A model generated the notes under the pieces. That model saw only the letters and a list, made by a program, of their open reading frames with translations. It was not told where the DNA came from and searched no databases. The translations under genes and the position numbers were made by a program. Shown here in pieces: positions 9,460 to 18,824 of a stretch of DNA of 32,000 bases; position 1 is the first letter of the stretch; each line of letters starts with the position of its first letter. The DNA lies in NCBI RefSeq assembly GCF_002310835.1, contig NZ_CP011041.1:1080001-1112000 (forward strand), given 5' to 3'. Source of the stretch: Pseudoalteromonas tetraodonis. Lineage in GTDB: Bacteria; Pseudomonadota; Gammaproteobacteria; Enterobacterales; Alteromonadaceae.

Positions 9460-12036
9460 ATGCGTTTAGATAGATTTACAAGTAAATTTCAGTCTGCGCT
9501 TTCAGATGCGCAATCATTAGCGCTAGGTCGCGATCATCAATTTATTGAACCTGTGCATCTAATGTACGCTTTGTTAAAACAAAGCGGCTCAAGTGTACGT
9601 GCACTATTTGCACAAATGAGCATCAGCGTTGATGAACTCAACACTAAATTATCACAAGAGATAGAAAAGTTATTTAAAGTGGAAGGTGTTGGTGGCGATG
9701 TACAGTTGTCAAATAACATGGTGTCACTGATAAACCTATGTGATAAATACGCCCAAAAGCGTAAAGATAAATACATTTCAAGTGAGTTGTTTGTATTAGT
9801 TGCGTGTGAAGATAAAGGTCCGCTTGGCAGTGTTTTTAAAGCACTTAACATTACTGCGAGTAAGGTTGAAACGGCAATTGAGGCGATTCGTGGTGGCCAA
9901 AAAGTTGACGATCCTAATGCGGAAGAAACACGCCAAGCACTTGAAAAGTACACCATCGATTTAACTGAGCGTGCAGAGCAAGGTAAGCTTGACCCTGTAA
10001 TCGGTCGTGATGATGAAATTCGCCGCACTATTCAAGTATTACAACGCCGTACCAAAAATAACCCTGTGTTAATTGGTGAGCCAGGGGTGGGTAAAACAGC
10101 CATAGCTGAAGGGCTTGCACAGCGTATTATTAATGGTGAAGTGCCTGAGGGCTTAAAAAACAAGCGCGTATTATCACTTGATTTAGGCGCATTAGTTGCT
10201 GGTGCAAAATACCGAGGTGAATTTGAAGAGCGTTTAAAATCAGTACTTAATGAGTTGGCTAAAGAAGAAGGCCAAGTTATTTTATTTATTGATGAAATTC
10301 ATACCATTGTTGGAGCGGGTAAAAGTGATGGCGCTATGGATGCGGGTAACATGTTAAAACCTGCCTTAGCACGCGGTGAACTCCATTGCGTAGGCGCAAC
10401 CACTTTAGATGAATACCGTAAGTACATTGAAAAAGATGCTGCGCTTGAGCGCCGTTTCCAAAAGGTATTAATAGAAGAGCCCTCAGTAGAAGACACCATT
10501 GCTATTCTGCGTGGCTTGAAAGAGCGTTACGAATTACACCATTCAGTGGAGATCACCGACCCCGCAATCGTTGCCGCAGCGCAGTTATCGCATCGTTATA
10601 TTAGTGATCGCCAATTACCCGATAAAGCAATCGATTTAATTGACGAAGCGGGCTCTTCTATTCGCTTGCAAATTGATTCAAAGCCAGAAGCTTTAGATAA
10701 ATTAGAGCGTCGCATTATCCAATTAAAAATTGAAGATAACGCATTGGCCAAAGAGAAAGATGAAGCAAGTCAAAAGCGCCGTACAGAAATGGTCGAGCTG
10801 ATCACTGAGCTTGAAGGGCAATACCGTGAACTAGATGAAGTATGGAATGCAGAAAAAGCGTCTTTACAAGGCACGCAGGTTATTAAAGCTGAGCTAGAGC
10901 AGGCGCGACTTGATTTAGAAGTGGCTCGCAGAGCAAGTGACTTGCAGCGTATGTCTGAACTGCAATATGGACGTATACCTGAGCTTGAGCGCAAACTCGA
11001 TTTAGCATCACAAGCAGAAATGCAAGAAATGAGCTTGCTTAAAAATCAGGTAGGCGAAGATGAAATTGCAGAAATTTTATCACGTTGGACCGGGATCCCA
11101 GTGGCGCGTATGCTCCAAGGTGAACGTGAAAAACTATTACAAATGGAAGAGCAGTTACATAACAAAGTCATTGGTCAAGATGAGGCCGTCGTTGCGGTGG
11201 CTAATGCCATTCGTCGTTCGCGTGCTGGGCTTGCTGATCCCAATCGTCCAATTGGCTCGTTCTTATTTTTAGGGCCTACAGGGGTTGGTAAAACAGAACT
11301 TACCAAGGCACTAGCAGGCTATATGTTTGATACCGAAAGTGCCATGGTGCGTATAGATATGTCTGAGTTTATGGAAAAACACTCAGTCGCACGTCTAGTC
11401 GGTGCGCCTCCAGGGTACGTAGGTTACGAAGAAGGTGGTTATTTAACCGAAGCTGTTCGTCGTAAACCCTATTCGGTTATTTTGCTTGATGAAATAGAAA
11501 AAGCGCATCCAGATGTGTTTAATATTTTATTACAAGTCCTTGATGACGGGCGTTTAACGGATGGCCAAGGGCGTACGGTTGATTTTAAAAATACGGTTAT
11601 CATTATGACCTCCAACTTGGGCTCAGATATCATTCAAGAGCAAGCGGGAAGTAATGACTATGACGAGCTTAAAGCAAAAGTCATGGGTGTTTTACATAAT
11701 GAATTTAGACCCGAGTTCATTAACCGTATTGATGAAACTGTGGTATTTCACTCACTTTCACATAGTCATATTAAAGAAATTGCAGATATTCAGTTAAGCA
11801 AATTACGTCAACGATTAACAGAGATGGGGTATTTACTTGAGTTGACAGATGCTGCTCTTGAGCGAATTGCTGCCAGTGGCTTTGATCCTGTCTATGGCGC
11901 TCGTCCGCTTAAACGGGCAATACAGCAAACCATTGAAAATCCATTAGCACAAAAACTGCTTAATAATGACTTTCAACCAGGTTGTATCATTGTCATTGAT
12001 GCTAACGAAGACGGCTTAGTGTTTACGAGTCGATAA
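9460..12036 (+). CDS. clpB: ATP-dependent chaperone/disaggregase ClpB
   Basis: 858 aa, collinear with E. coli ClpB. Two Walker A sites ([16 protein letters not shown]) and the coiled-coil middle domain. Confidence 0.98.
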   Translation: MRLDRFTSKFQSALSDAQSLALGRDHQFIEPVHLMYALLKQSGSSVRALFAQMSISVDELNTKLSQEIEKLFKVEGVGGDVQLSNNMVSLINLCDKYAQKRKDKYISSELFVLVACEDKGPLGSVFKALNITASKVETAIEAIRGGQKVDDPNAEETRQALEKYTIDLTERAEQGKLDPVIGRDDEIRRTIQVLQRRTKNNPVLIGEPGVGKTAIAEGLAQRIINGEVPEGLKNKRVLSLDLGALVAGAKYRGEFEERLKSVLNELAKEEGQVILFIDEIHTIVGAGKSDGAMDAGNMLKPALARGELHCVGATTLDEYRKYIEKDAALERRFQKVLIEEPSVEDTIAILRGLKERYELHHSVEITDPAIVAAAQLSHRYISDRQLPDKAIDLIDEAGSSIRLQIDSKPEALDKLERRIIQLKIEDNALAKEKDEASQKRRTEMVELITELEGQYRELDEVWNAEKASLQGTQVIKAELEQARLDLEVARRASDLQRMSELQYGRIPELERKLDLASQAEMQEMSLLKNQVGEDEIAEILSRWTGIPVARMLQGEREKLLQMEEQLHNKVIGQDEAVVAVANAIRRSRAGLADPNRPIGSFLFLGPTGVGKTELTKALAGYMFDTESAMVRIDMSEFMEKHSVARLVGAPPGYVGYEEGGYLTEAVRRKPYSVILLDEIEKAHPDVFNILLQVLDDGRLTDGQGRTVDFKNTVIIMTSNLGSDIIQEQAGSNDYDELKAKVMGVLHNEFRPEFINRIDETVVFHSLSHSHIKEIADIQLSKLRQRLTEMGYLLELTDAALERIAASGFDPVYGARPLKRAIQQTIENPLAQKLLNNDFQPGCIIVIDANEDGLVFTSR

Positions 12037-12049
12037 TCTGAGCACAGCA

Positions 12050-12078
12050 AAAAGCCGCTGTTTACAGCGGCTTTTTTG
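12050..12078. terminator. bidirectional intrinsic terminator (clpB / chemoreceptor)
   Basis: AAAA-GCCGCTG (12054-12060), TTTA loop, CAGCGGC (12065-12071), TTTTTT. Confidence 0.8.
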
Positions 12079-12098
12079 TTTCTATTTTAGGGCGTTTG

Positions 12099-13151
12099 TT
12101 AAACTTTAAAAGTCAGTAATAAGTCATTCACTTTTCTTGAGCCTTCAACTAGTTCAGCCGCACCGCGTGCTACGCTAAAACTCAATTGTAAATTCTCATC
12201 CCCTAAGCCTTTAATCTTTTCAACATTACTACCAATGTCTTTACTTACAACCTGCTGCTGTTCTGCTGCGGCTGAAATATCCGTGGCGAGCTGTGAAATT
12301 TCACTAATTTGAATAAAAATACTATCAAGCTCTTGTTGTGTTTGTCCTGTTGTATTAACACAGTCATCGGCTTGTTGTTTTGTGCTCTGCATGATTTTAG
12401 ACCAGCTAAACAAGGTATCTTGAATTTCTTTAATTGAGCTATGAATTTGTGCTGTGGCGTTTTGAGTTCGTGACGACAGCGCTCTTACTTCATCGGCAAC
12501 GACGGCAAAACCACGCCCATGCTCACCGGCGCGTGCAGCTTCAATAGCCGCATTGAGTGCCAATAAGTTAGTTTGTTCAGCAATCCCTTCTATTTCACTC
12601 ATGACTTGGCCAATTTTATCGGCTTCAGAGGCAAGCCCCGTTGCTGTGGCGGCCGCTTGCTCAACTTGTACAGCTAAGTCAGACACCATTTTACTGTTAT
12701 CTGCAATATGATTTTTGATATCAGAGCAGCTTTGATAAGTAATGCCTACTTTATCAGCCGTGTTATTGGTATTGTTAGAGATTTCACCAATCGTGGTACT
12801 CATTTGTGACATCGCTGAAGCAATTTGTTCTAGCTGAGTGCCTTGAGAAGAAATACCTTGCTCGGTCAACGTCGATTGTTGATCTAACCCTTGGGCAATC
12901 GAATTAAAACTCAAGGTTGAATCTTTTACCCGCCCTAGTACCGTTCTTAATTTAGCACTGAGCATCTGCTCTCTATACTCACTAATACTATGTGGGTGCG
13001 AGCCACTAAACACATAACGAGATACAGAGTCTGCTTGGCTTTTTTGTTGTTTGAGGGTTGCAGGTGTTATTACCAGCTCATCATAATTTAAAACTAAAAT
13101 AACAATACATACTAATAAGTTAATCGCGGCAAGCGAAAGAGGGCCCCACAT
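12099..13151 (-). CDS. C-terminal ORF fragment of the disrupted aer-like gene (TM hairpin plus MCP signalling domain)
   Basis: 350-aa ORF from the track. It might be translated alone from ATG 13151, but it would then lack any sensor domain. Confidence 0.55.
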   Translation of the reverse strand: MWGPLSLAAINLLVCIVILVLNYDELVITPATLKQQKSQADSVSRYVFSGSHPHSISEYREQMLSAKLRTVLGRVKDSTLSFNSIAQGLDQQSTLTEQGISSQGTQLEQIASAMSQMSTTIGEISNNTNNTADKVGITYQSCSDIKNHIADNSKMVSDLAVQVEQAAATATGLASEADKIGQVMSEIEGIAEQTNLLALNAAIEAARAGEHGRGFAVVADEVRALSSRTQNATAQIHSSIKEIQDTLFSWSKIMQSTKQQADDCVNTTGQTQQELDSIFIQISEISQLATDISAAAEQQQVVSKDIGSNVEKIKGLGDENLQLSFSVARGAAELVEGSRKVNDLLLTFKV

Positions 13152-13644
13152 TGCGACACTGGCTAACCAAATTATAATCCCTAATGCTCAAACCTTGTCT
13201 TAATGATGTCCGTTCGCGCCAGCTGAATAATGATTTATTAGCGTTAATTTTGGCATAGAGCTTTTGCGCTCTGCGTTTTGCGCGTTGCTCTAATTTTATT
13301 CGTACAGACTGATAACCAATAAGTTGGCCATGCTCAAAAATAGGCGTTACAAATGCATCAACCCAATAATAGCGGCCGTCCTTACATAAGTTTTTTACCG
13401 CGCCACGCCACGAATGGCCTTGTTTTAAAGTGTCCCACATTTCTTTAAATGCAGCTTTTGGCATATCAGGGTGGCGAACGATATTGTGATTTTTATTTAT
13501 CAGTTCATCCATCTCGTAGCCTGCGATACTACAAAACTCATGATTGGCATAAGTAATAACACCGCGTAAGTCAGTGGTTGAAACCAACTCTTGGTGTTCT
13601 TCGAAGTTAACTTCTTCATCTATTAAGCTTTGATTACGACGCAT
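13120..13644 (-). CDS. N-terminal ORF fragment of the disrupted aer-like gene (PAS domain)
   Basis: 174-aa ORF. The PAS domain is intact; the last ~20 aa ([21 protein letters not shown]) are out-of-frame read-through. Confidence 0.55.
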   Translation of the reverse strand: MRRNQSLIDEEVNFEEHQELVSTTDLRGVITYANHEFCSIAGYEMDELINKNHNIVRHPDMPKAAFKEMWDTLKQGHSWRGAVKNLCKDGRYYWVDAFVTPIFEHGQLIGYQSVRIKLEQRAKRRAQKLYAKINANKSLFSWRERTSLRQGLSIRDYNLVSQCRNVGPSFACRD

Positions 13645-14050
13645 AGTGACTCTTTATCATTCTTTATTATGGCGGCTATTGTAATTACTAAAACTAATGT
13701 ACGTTAGTGATATGTGTAAAATAGCAGGAATAAGACATTTTTTTTGATATTTATATGATCTTTATCAATATTAAGCGTAATTGAATTTTTCAGTTATGAC
13801 AAACTTTTAGGGTTTAACTCTATCTTATCAAAGTGTTTTAAAACGCCATGTCGTCAGCGGGGGGTTATGGCAAATAATATGTAAAAGAAATTGTATATTC
13901 GTAGTGGCAATGGCAAGATTATCTTTTATAGCGTGAAACAAAGCGTGTTTAAAATCCAGTAAAAACTATATCTAATAAATTCATATAGTTTTTTCATCGT
14001 TTAATCTTGAGTAAAGGTAAAAAGACCCCATAACCTTATGATTAAGCCAC

Positions 14051-15649
14051 TTGGCTCGAGGAAACTTTTTTTTGACAACTTATAATTTAAAGAACACGCT
14101 CAACGCGCTATCTAATGCAAATAATCAACAGGCTATTAAAGGCATTATGCGCGGTATTGAGAGAGAATCATTAAGAATTAACCACGATGGTTCTATTTCT
14201 AAACAGGCTCATCCTCAAGGTGTGGGCTGTGCGCTCACCAATGGGCATATTACCACTGATTTTTCTGAGTCTTTACTTGAGTTCATTACACCGGTTAGCG
14301 AGTCATCAACGCAAACTTTGCAGCAGCTAAAAGATTTACAAAAGTTCACCCTAGAACATATGGGCGATGAATTGTTGTGGCCAATTAGTATGCCGTGCTT
14401 TATAAATCATCAAGACGATATTGTATTGGCACAATTTGGCGACTCTAATGTCGGTAAAATGAAAACCCTATATCGCGAAGGCTTGAAGAATCGTTACGGC
14501 AGTATGATGCAAGCGATTGCTGGCGTGCATTTCAATATTTCTTTTCCACAAACGCTATGGCAGTCACTGCACTCATTAAAGCAAAGTGACGCGAAACTTG
14601 AAGATTTTATATCGGATAGTTACTTGGCGTTAATTCGTAATTTTAAACGCGAACTGTGGTTAATTAGCTACATGTTTGGCGCATCACCGGCATTATGTAG
14701 CTCTTTTTTACAAGGGCGTAAAAGCGACTTACCGTTTAAAAAACTCGGTAAAGGCACTTTATATTTGGAAGTGGGTACCGCATTACGGTTAGGTAACTTA
14801 GGCTATACCAATAGCGCACAATCGTCATTACGAGTAATGTATAACTCATTAGATGAATATGTTGCAGGACTTAAAAAAGCCATAAATACGCCTTCAGATA
14901 TTTACGGCAGTATTGACGATTACACCAGTTCGACGCCAAAGCAATTAAATAAAAACATTTTGCAAATAGAGAACGAGTTTTACTCGCCAATTCGTCCTAA
15001 ACGTAATGCAAAAAATGGTGAAACGCCCACCGATGCATTGCTAAGAGCGGGTATAGAATATATTGAAATTCGTGCATTGGATGTTAACCCGTTTAGTGAA
15101 GTTGGGATTGACTTAGAGCAAATACACTTTTTAGATGTGTTTTTAACTTATTGTTTATTAAAAGATTCAGCGCCTATGGATTGGCAAGAGCAAACTCGTA
15201 GCACTGAAAATCTTGATACGGTGGTTAACCAAGGTCGAGAACAAGGCTTGATGCTTAATTTTAATAATGAGCAGCGCAGCCTAGAATCTTGGGGTGATGA
15301 AATATTTAGTCAGCTGAGTGATGTTGCTCAGTGGATGGATACTGCTTACGATGTTGACTACTACTCAAACACTATTAAGCGCATGGCGACTTGGATTCAT
15401 GATCCGGCATTAACGTATTCTGGTCGTTATGTTGAGCAGTTAAAAGCGTCAGGGTTAGATAATGGCCACTTTGCACTGTCACTTGCTCAGAAGTACAAAC
15501 AAAGCCATGAAACAGCAAGTTATACTGAATTTTCAAAATCGTGGCTAGAGCAACAAGCTGCAGAGTCGTACCAAGCCCAAAAGGCAATTGAACAAGCTGA
15601 TAAACAATCATTTACCGCATTTTTAGATACGTATTTCAGGGTCTGTTGA
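14051..15649 (+). CDS. gshA: glutamate-cysteine ligase GshA
   Basis: Collinear with E. coli GshA from LKGIMRGIERESLRI onward. No ATG lies upstream of the conserved N-terminus, so the start is TTG 14051 or, more likely, TTG 14072 (GAGGA SD at 14058-14062, 9 nt upstream). The stop TGA 15647-15649 lies inside the inverted repeat of the element below. Confidence 0.92.
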   Translation: MARGNFFLTTYNLKNTLNALSNANNQQAIKGIMRGIERESLRINHDGSISKQAHPQGVGCALTNGHITTDFSESLLEFITPVSESSTQTLQQLKDLQKFTLEHMGDELLWPISMPCFINHQDDIVLAQFGDSNVGKMKTLYREGLKNRYGSMMQAIAGVHFNISFPQTLWQSLHSLKQSDAKLEDFISDSYLALIRNFKRELWLISYMFGASPALCSSFLQGRKSDLPFKKLGKGTLYLEVGTALRLGNLGYTNSAQSSLRVMYNSLDEYVAGLKKAINTPSDIYGSIDDYTSSTPKQLNKNILQIENEFYSPIRPKRNAKNGETPTDALLRAGIEYIEIRALDVNPFSEVGIDLEQIHFLDVFLTYCLLKDSAPMDWQEQTRSTENLDTVVNQGREQGLMLNFNNEQRSLESWGDEIFSQLSDVAQWMDTAYDVDYYSNTIKRMATWIHDPALTYSGRYVEQLKASGLDNGHFALSLAQKYKQSHETASYTEFSKSWLEQQAAESYQAQKAIEQADKQSFTAFLDTYFRVC

Positions 15650-15902
15650 CCTTTGCGGATTACAATTTGTTCAAACTAGGAGCGGTTTAATCGCGGCGCG
15701 AGGTTTGTAACCTAGTGGGCTAAGTAAAAACCGAGCAACAAAGAGTAAATCGCTTCTAGGCAGAACCCGAAGGGCAGCACCTGTTTGGCATTGATGCTGC
15801 GTTATCGCCTATTTATGGGGAATAACCACACCACATAGGCTTTGCCTTGCCTAAATACCAAACAAACTGCTGCAAATGCAACCTTGAAAGGTCAACAGAC
15901 CC
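15639..15902. repeat. 264-bp MITE/ERIC-like structured element bounded by perfect 16-bp terminal inverted repeats
   Basis: GGGTCTGTTGACCTTT at 15639-15654 and its exact reverse complement AAAGGTCAACAGACCC at 15887-15902. The interior is visibly GC-richer than the flanks, has no ORF, and has several internal complementary segments. No clear target-site duplication. Confidence 0.5.
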
Positions 15903-15917
15903 AAGTAAGTAGCAGGC

Positions 15918-15990
15918 AAAAAAAACGCAGCTCATAGTAGCTGCGTAAATATTCTTTAGGGATGAAACAATGCTGTACTGCTGCATTCAT
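15918..15990 (-). ncRNA. candidate sigma-E-dependent MicA-like small RNA (~73 nt)
   Basis: Minus-strand sigma-E-type promoter (next feature). A non-coding ~73-nt stretch ends in the hairpin ACGCAGCT/AGCTGCGT (15925-15946) followed by U8. No minus-strand gene exists that this terminator could serve. Convergent with gshA, as MicA is in E. coli. Contains an UCAUCCCU anti-SD-like core and an A/U-rich stretch. The 5' end is estimated, not determined. Confidence 0.5.
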
Positions 15991-15994
15991 AGAT

Positions 15995-16021
15995 TCAGAC
16001 CCACACTTTTTTAAAAAGTTC
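15995..16021 (-). promoter_or_regulatory. sigma-E (RpoE)-type promoter GAACTT-N16-TCTGA
   Basis: On the minus strand: GAACTT (16021-16016), exactly 16 nt, then TCTGA (15999-15995). Same hexamer, spacing and pentamer as the E. coli degP and rpoH-P3 sigma-E promoters. Confidence 0.55.
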
Positions 16022-16037
16022 AGTGAGATCTTAAAAA

Positions 16038-16646
16038 ATGAAAAAAAATATTATTACCTTATCTTTGCTGCTCACTATAGCTGGGTGTGCAACAGCTCCC
16101 CCAAAGCAACCAGAAGATATTTGTAAAATTTTCGAAGAGAAATCTGACTGGTATTTTGATGCCAAAGACGCGCAGGAAAAGTGGGGCTCCCCAAAACATG
16201 TGTTAATGAGCATGATGTATCAAGAAAGTTCTTTTCGCCACGATGCAGCACCGCCTATGGAATACTTCTTATGGATAATCCCTACTGGTCGTGCAAGCGA
16301 TGCCTATGGCTATTCTCAAGCTAAAACGCCTACTTGGTCTGATTATATTCGTGAAACAGGTAACAGTGGCGCCGACAGAGACGAATTTGAAGATGCGATT
16401 GATTTTATGGCGTGGTTTGTTTATAAAACCCATAAAGTTAATGGTGTGTCTAAGTGGGACGCCTACGCACAGTATTTAAATTATCATGAGGGATGGGGCG
16501 GTTATAAACGAGGCACCTATCGTAAGAAAAAATGGCTAATGAGCGTTGCCAATAAAGTAAAACATCGGGCAAGCCGTTATGGCGCACAGCTAAGACGCTG
16601 CGAAGATGATTTAGATAAAGGTTGGTTAGAGCGATTGTTCTTTTAG
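16038..16646 (+). CDS. lipoprotein, putative lytic-transglycosylase-like (SLT-related) protein
   Basis: 202 aa with lipobox LLTIAGC. MMYQESSFRHDA resembles the catalytic-Glu region of SLT-type transglycosylases. The functional assignment is tentative. Confidence 0.6.
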   Translation: MKKNIITLSLLLTIAGCATAPPKQPEDICKIFEEKSDWYFDAKDAQEKWGSPKHVLMSMMYQESSFRHDAAPPMEYFLWIIPTGRASDAYGYSQAKTPTWSDYIRETGNSGADRDEFEDAIDFMAWFVYKTHKVNGVSKWDAYAQYLNYHEGWGGYKRGTYRKKKWLMSVANKVKHRASRYGAQLRRCEDDLDKGWLERLFF

Positions 16647-16654
16647 ATTAGATT

Positions 16655-16682
16655 AAAAAGGAGCCAGCAGGCTCCTTTTTTA
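16655..16682. terminator. bidirectional intrinsic terminator (lipoprotein / corB)
   Basis: AAAAAGGAGCC, AGCA loop, GGCTCCTTTTTT. Confidence 0.8.
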
Positions 16683-16687
16683 TTGGT

Positions 16688-17956
16688 TTATTTTTTACGT
16701 TTGTTTGGTTGAATTTTAACTTGTTTAATCATGTTTTCTTTTACCTCAAGTACTTCAACCGGATAGCCTGCAATACGAATACTTAAATTAGCATCGGGTA
16801 TATCTTCTAAGTACTCAACAATCAAGCCACTTAATGTTTTAGGACCGTCTAATGGGAATTCCCAGCCCATTTCTTTATTTAAGTCGCGAACGTTAGCACC
16901 GCCGTCGACAATATAAGAGCCATCGTTTTGTGTGGTTACTTCTTCACTCGGTGTCCGAGTTTGAGTGGTAGTAAAATCACCCACAACTTCTTCAAGAATA
17001 TCTTCAAGAGTGACTAAGCCCTGAATGTCGCCATATTCATCAACAACAATACCAATACGTTCTTTTGATAACTGAAATTTTAGTAGTTGAGTGTTCAGCG
17101 AGGTGCCCTCAGGGATAAAGTAAATTTCACGTACCGCACGCAATAGCGAAGGCTTATCAAACTGCTCTTTAGTTAAAAGGCGAAGCGCATCACGAGAGTG
17201 AATAAAGCCAACAGCATCATCAATATTGTCGCGGTATAAAAGCACCCGGGTATGTTGAGCGTGAGTAAGTTGTTTACTGATTATTTTCCAATCGTCATTA
17301 ATATCAATCGCCACAATTTCATTGCGAGGGATCATAATATCTTCAACGGTAACTTGCTCTAAATCTAAAATAGAGGTCAACATACTTTGGTGACGAGCGG
17401 GGATCAGCGCCCCCGATTCATTTAGCACGGTTTTTAATTCTTCTTTACTCATGCTGTGCTCATCTATTTGTGCAGCGCTAATACCAAATAAGCGCAATAT
17501 ACCATTGGTCATCCAGTTAACAACGACAACAAATGGGAAGAGAATTTTTAGTAACCCTTTGAGTATCACCGAACTTGGAAAAGCGACTCGCTCAGGATAG
17601 AGGGCGGCCAGTGTTTTTGGCGTTACTTCAGCGAAAATCAGCACCACAAGTGTTAATGCACCTGTTGCTATAGCAATACCTAAATCACCATACAAACGAA
17701 TACCAATAATGGTGGCAACTTGGGCAGCCGCAATATTGACAAGGTTATTACCAATAAGGATAAGACCTATCAACCTGTCAGGTCGACTGAGTAATTTACT
17801 AACGCGTTTCGCAGCACGATGATTCTCTTTAGCGAGGTGTCGTAAACGAATACGGTTGATTGACATGATTCCGGTTTCTGACCCGGAGAAGTAAGCAGAA
17901 AAAAGTACCAATAAACCTAAAATGATAAACAGCGTACTTGTCGATATGTCGTCCAA
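16688..17956 (-). CDS. corB: CNNM/CorB-family transporter (DUF21-CBS pair-CorC_HlyC), E. coli YfjD orthologue
   Basis: 422 aa. DUF21 N-terminus (FSGSETGIMSINRIRLRHLA), CBS pair, CorC/HlyC C-terminal domain. Sits next to ypjD and divergent from ffh, as in E. coli. Confidence 0.85.
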   Translation of the reverse strand: MDDISTSTLFIILGLLVLFSAYFSGSETGIMSINRIRLRHLAKENHRAAKRVSKLLSRPDRLIGLILIGNNLVNIAAAQVATIIGIRLYGDLGIAIATGALTLVVLIFAEVTPKTLAALYPERVAFPSSVILKGLLKILFPFVVVVNWMTNGILRLFGISAAQIDEHSMSKEELKTVLNESGALIPARHQSMLTSILDLEQVTVEDIMIPRNEIVAIDINDDWKIISKQLTHAQHTRVLLYRDNIDDAVGFIHSRDALRLLTKEQFDKPSLLRAVREIYFIPEGTSLNTQLLKFQLSKERIGIVVDEYGDIQGLVTLEDILEEVVGDFTTTQTRTPSEEVTTQNDGSYIVDGGANVRDLNKEMGWEFPLDGPKTLSGLIVEYLEDIPDANLSIRIAGYPVEVLEVKENMIKQVKIQPNKRKK

Positions 17957-18017
17957 CGATGGATCCTTTTTTTATAAACCAATGCGTATTAAGCTAGAGT
18001 GAGCTTTCAGAGTCAAG

Positions 18018-18824
18018 TTAAAACTTATTTAGAACCACTTCTTGTATAAAACGGCTGCCAAAATAAGCGAGTGTGAGTGTAAATGCGGCAATCATAATAC
18101 TCACTACCACCATTTTCCCTCGCCAACCTCGTTTTACATGGCCAACGGCAATCGTAGCAAAAATAGCCCAAGCAACTAAAGATAAGATTGTTTTATGAAT
18201 AAACTCTTTGGCAAACATGCCATCAAGAAATACAAACCCTGTAATCAGCGCCACGCTTAATAATACTGTGCCTAAATTTAATAGTTGATAAAGTTGACGC
18301 TCTACCACCATTAGTGGCGGTAAATGGCTATGTACTATTGCTAAATCTTTACGTTTCAAACGTTTATCAATAAAGTAAAATTGTACGCCGTAAAGGGTGG
18401 CGATAATTAAGATACAGTAGGCTAATAACGACAGTGAAATATGCGCAACTAACGCAAGCTCTACATTAATGCTATGAAGTAAAACGTGATGAGGAATAAA
18501 CAGGCTAGCAATAGTTAACAGGGCAGCAAAGCCGTATACAACAGGTAATAGCAGTGTCGCAGGAAACTTCAAAGAGACGGTGGTGACACAAAGCACTATT
18601 ACCCAACAAGTCAGTAATGCAACATTAACAATACTTAAATCTTGGCCATCGGCTCTAAACACCGAGTTTACTAAAAGCAGCATATGCGCCAAAATAGCGA
18701 CAGTGCTCAGTATTATAGTAATTTTTTGGCTTGGTCCCTGACGATGAAACAATCGCGAAAGCACGTGAGACGTTGCTAACACATAAAATAAACTGGCAAT
18801 AATAGTTAAACTAATAATCAGCAT
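18018..18824 (-). CDS. ypjD: inner-membrane cytochrome c assembly (CcsA-like) family protein YpjD
   Basis: 268-aa polytopic membrane protein. Conserved position divergent from ffh. Confidence 0.8.
   Translation of the reverse strand: MLIISLTIIASLFYVLATSHVLSRLFHRQGPSQKITIILSTVAILAHMLLLVNSVFRADGQDLSIVNVALLTCWVIVLCVTTVSLKFPATLLLPVVYGFAALLTIASLFIPHHVLLHSINVELALVAHISLSLLAYCILIIATLYGVQFYFIDKRLKRKDLAIVHSHLPPLMVVERQLYQLLNLGTVLLSVALITGFVFLDGMFAKEFIHKTILSLVAWAIFATIAVGHVKRGWRGKMVVVSIMIAAFTLTLAYFGSRFIQEVVLNKF

Larger units (their letters stand above)
12099..13644 (-). pseudogene. aer: Aer-like PAS-domain methyl-accepting chemotaxis (aerotaxis/energy-taxis) receptor, interrupted by a frameshift
   Basis: The N-terminal ORF (13120-13644) is an Aer-type PAS domain ([34 protein letters not shown]...YYWVDA). 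The C-terminal ORF (12099-13151) is the membrane hairpin, HAMP-like region and MCP signalling domain ([35 protein letters not shown]). The two overlap in different frames. The downstream frame stays open and hydrophobic ([19 protein letters not shown]) back to the TGA at 13188-13190. Removing 1 nt gives ~514 aa (E. coli Aer is about 506 aa, from memory). Confidence 0.8.

Noticed and set aside
9895-9915. An internal translation start producing a short ClpB isoform, as at the GTG Val149 codon of E. coli clpB.
   Set aside because: The homologous Val codon here is GTT, and there is no nearby in-frame ATG, GTG or TTG with an SD. The isoform cannot be claimed from sequence.
9537-10028. Long antisense ORFs inside well-supported genes. 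Examples: 9537-10028, 10299-10499 and 10770-10994 in clpB; 19044-19304, 19371-19574, 20059-20358 and 20169-20399 in ffh; 26682-27068, 27861-28235, 27991-28275, 28993-29322 and 29384-29610 in the sensor gene; 31120-31308 and 31583-31885 in the aminotransferase; 892-1134, 1147-1416, 1485-1688 and 4313-4531 in the pil genes.
   Set aside because: They are shadow ORFs opposite highly conserved coding frames. Their composition is low-complexity and Ser/Cys/Ile-rich, and they have no SD or family resemblance.
13961-13994. AT-only hairpin AAAAACTATAT-(11 nt)-ATATAGTTTTT, and the G6 tract (13859-13864), in the 406-bp aer/gshA intergenic region. Considered as a terminator or sRNA.
   Set aside because: The stem has a single G-C pair and is probably unstable. 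I could find no convincing promoter or conserved motif. The AAACTT-N16-TCTTA at ~13799-13825 is too degenerate to call a sigma-E promoter.
15639-15902. The inverted-repeat element as an integron attC site, or as a known structured RNA (CsrB-like, 6S, tmRNA, RNase P).
   Set aside because: It is much longer than attC sites, and its ends fit the RYYYAAC/GTTRRRY cores only with mismatches. No integrase is nearby. There are too few GGA-loop motifs for a Csr-type RNA, and no signature sequences of the other RNAs.
15962-16014. Small plus-strand ORFs antisense to the sRNA candidate: a 14-aa MLYCCIHRFRPTLF from 15970, and a ~56-aa ORF from 15962 running into the lipoprotein gene. Considered as a type I toxin-antitoxin pair.
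   Set aside because: The peptides are not hydrophobic or TM-like. The 15962 ATG directly abuts its would-be SD, and the longer ORF overlaps the lipoprotein gene out of frame. The apparent SD is simply the complement of the sRNA seed.
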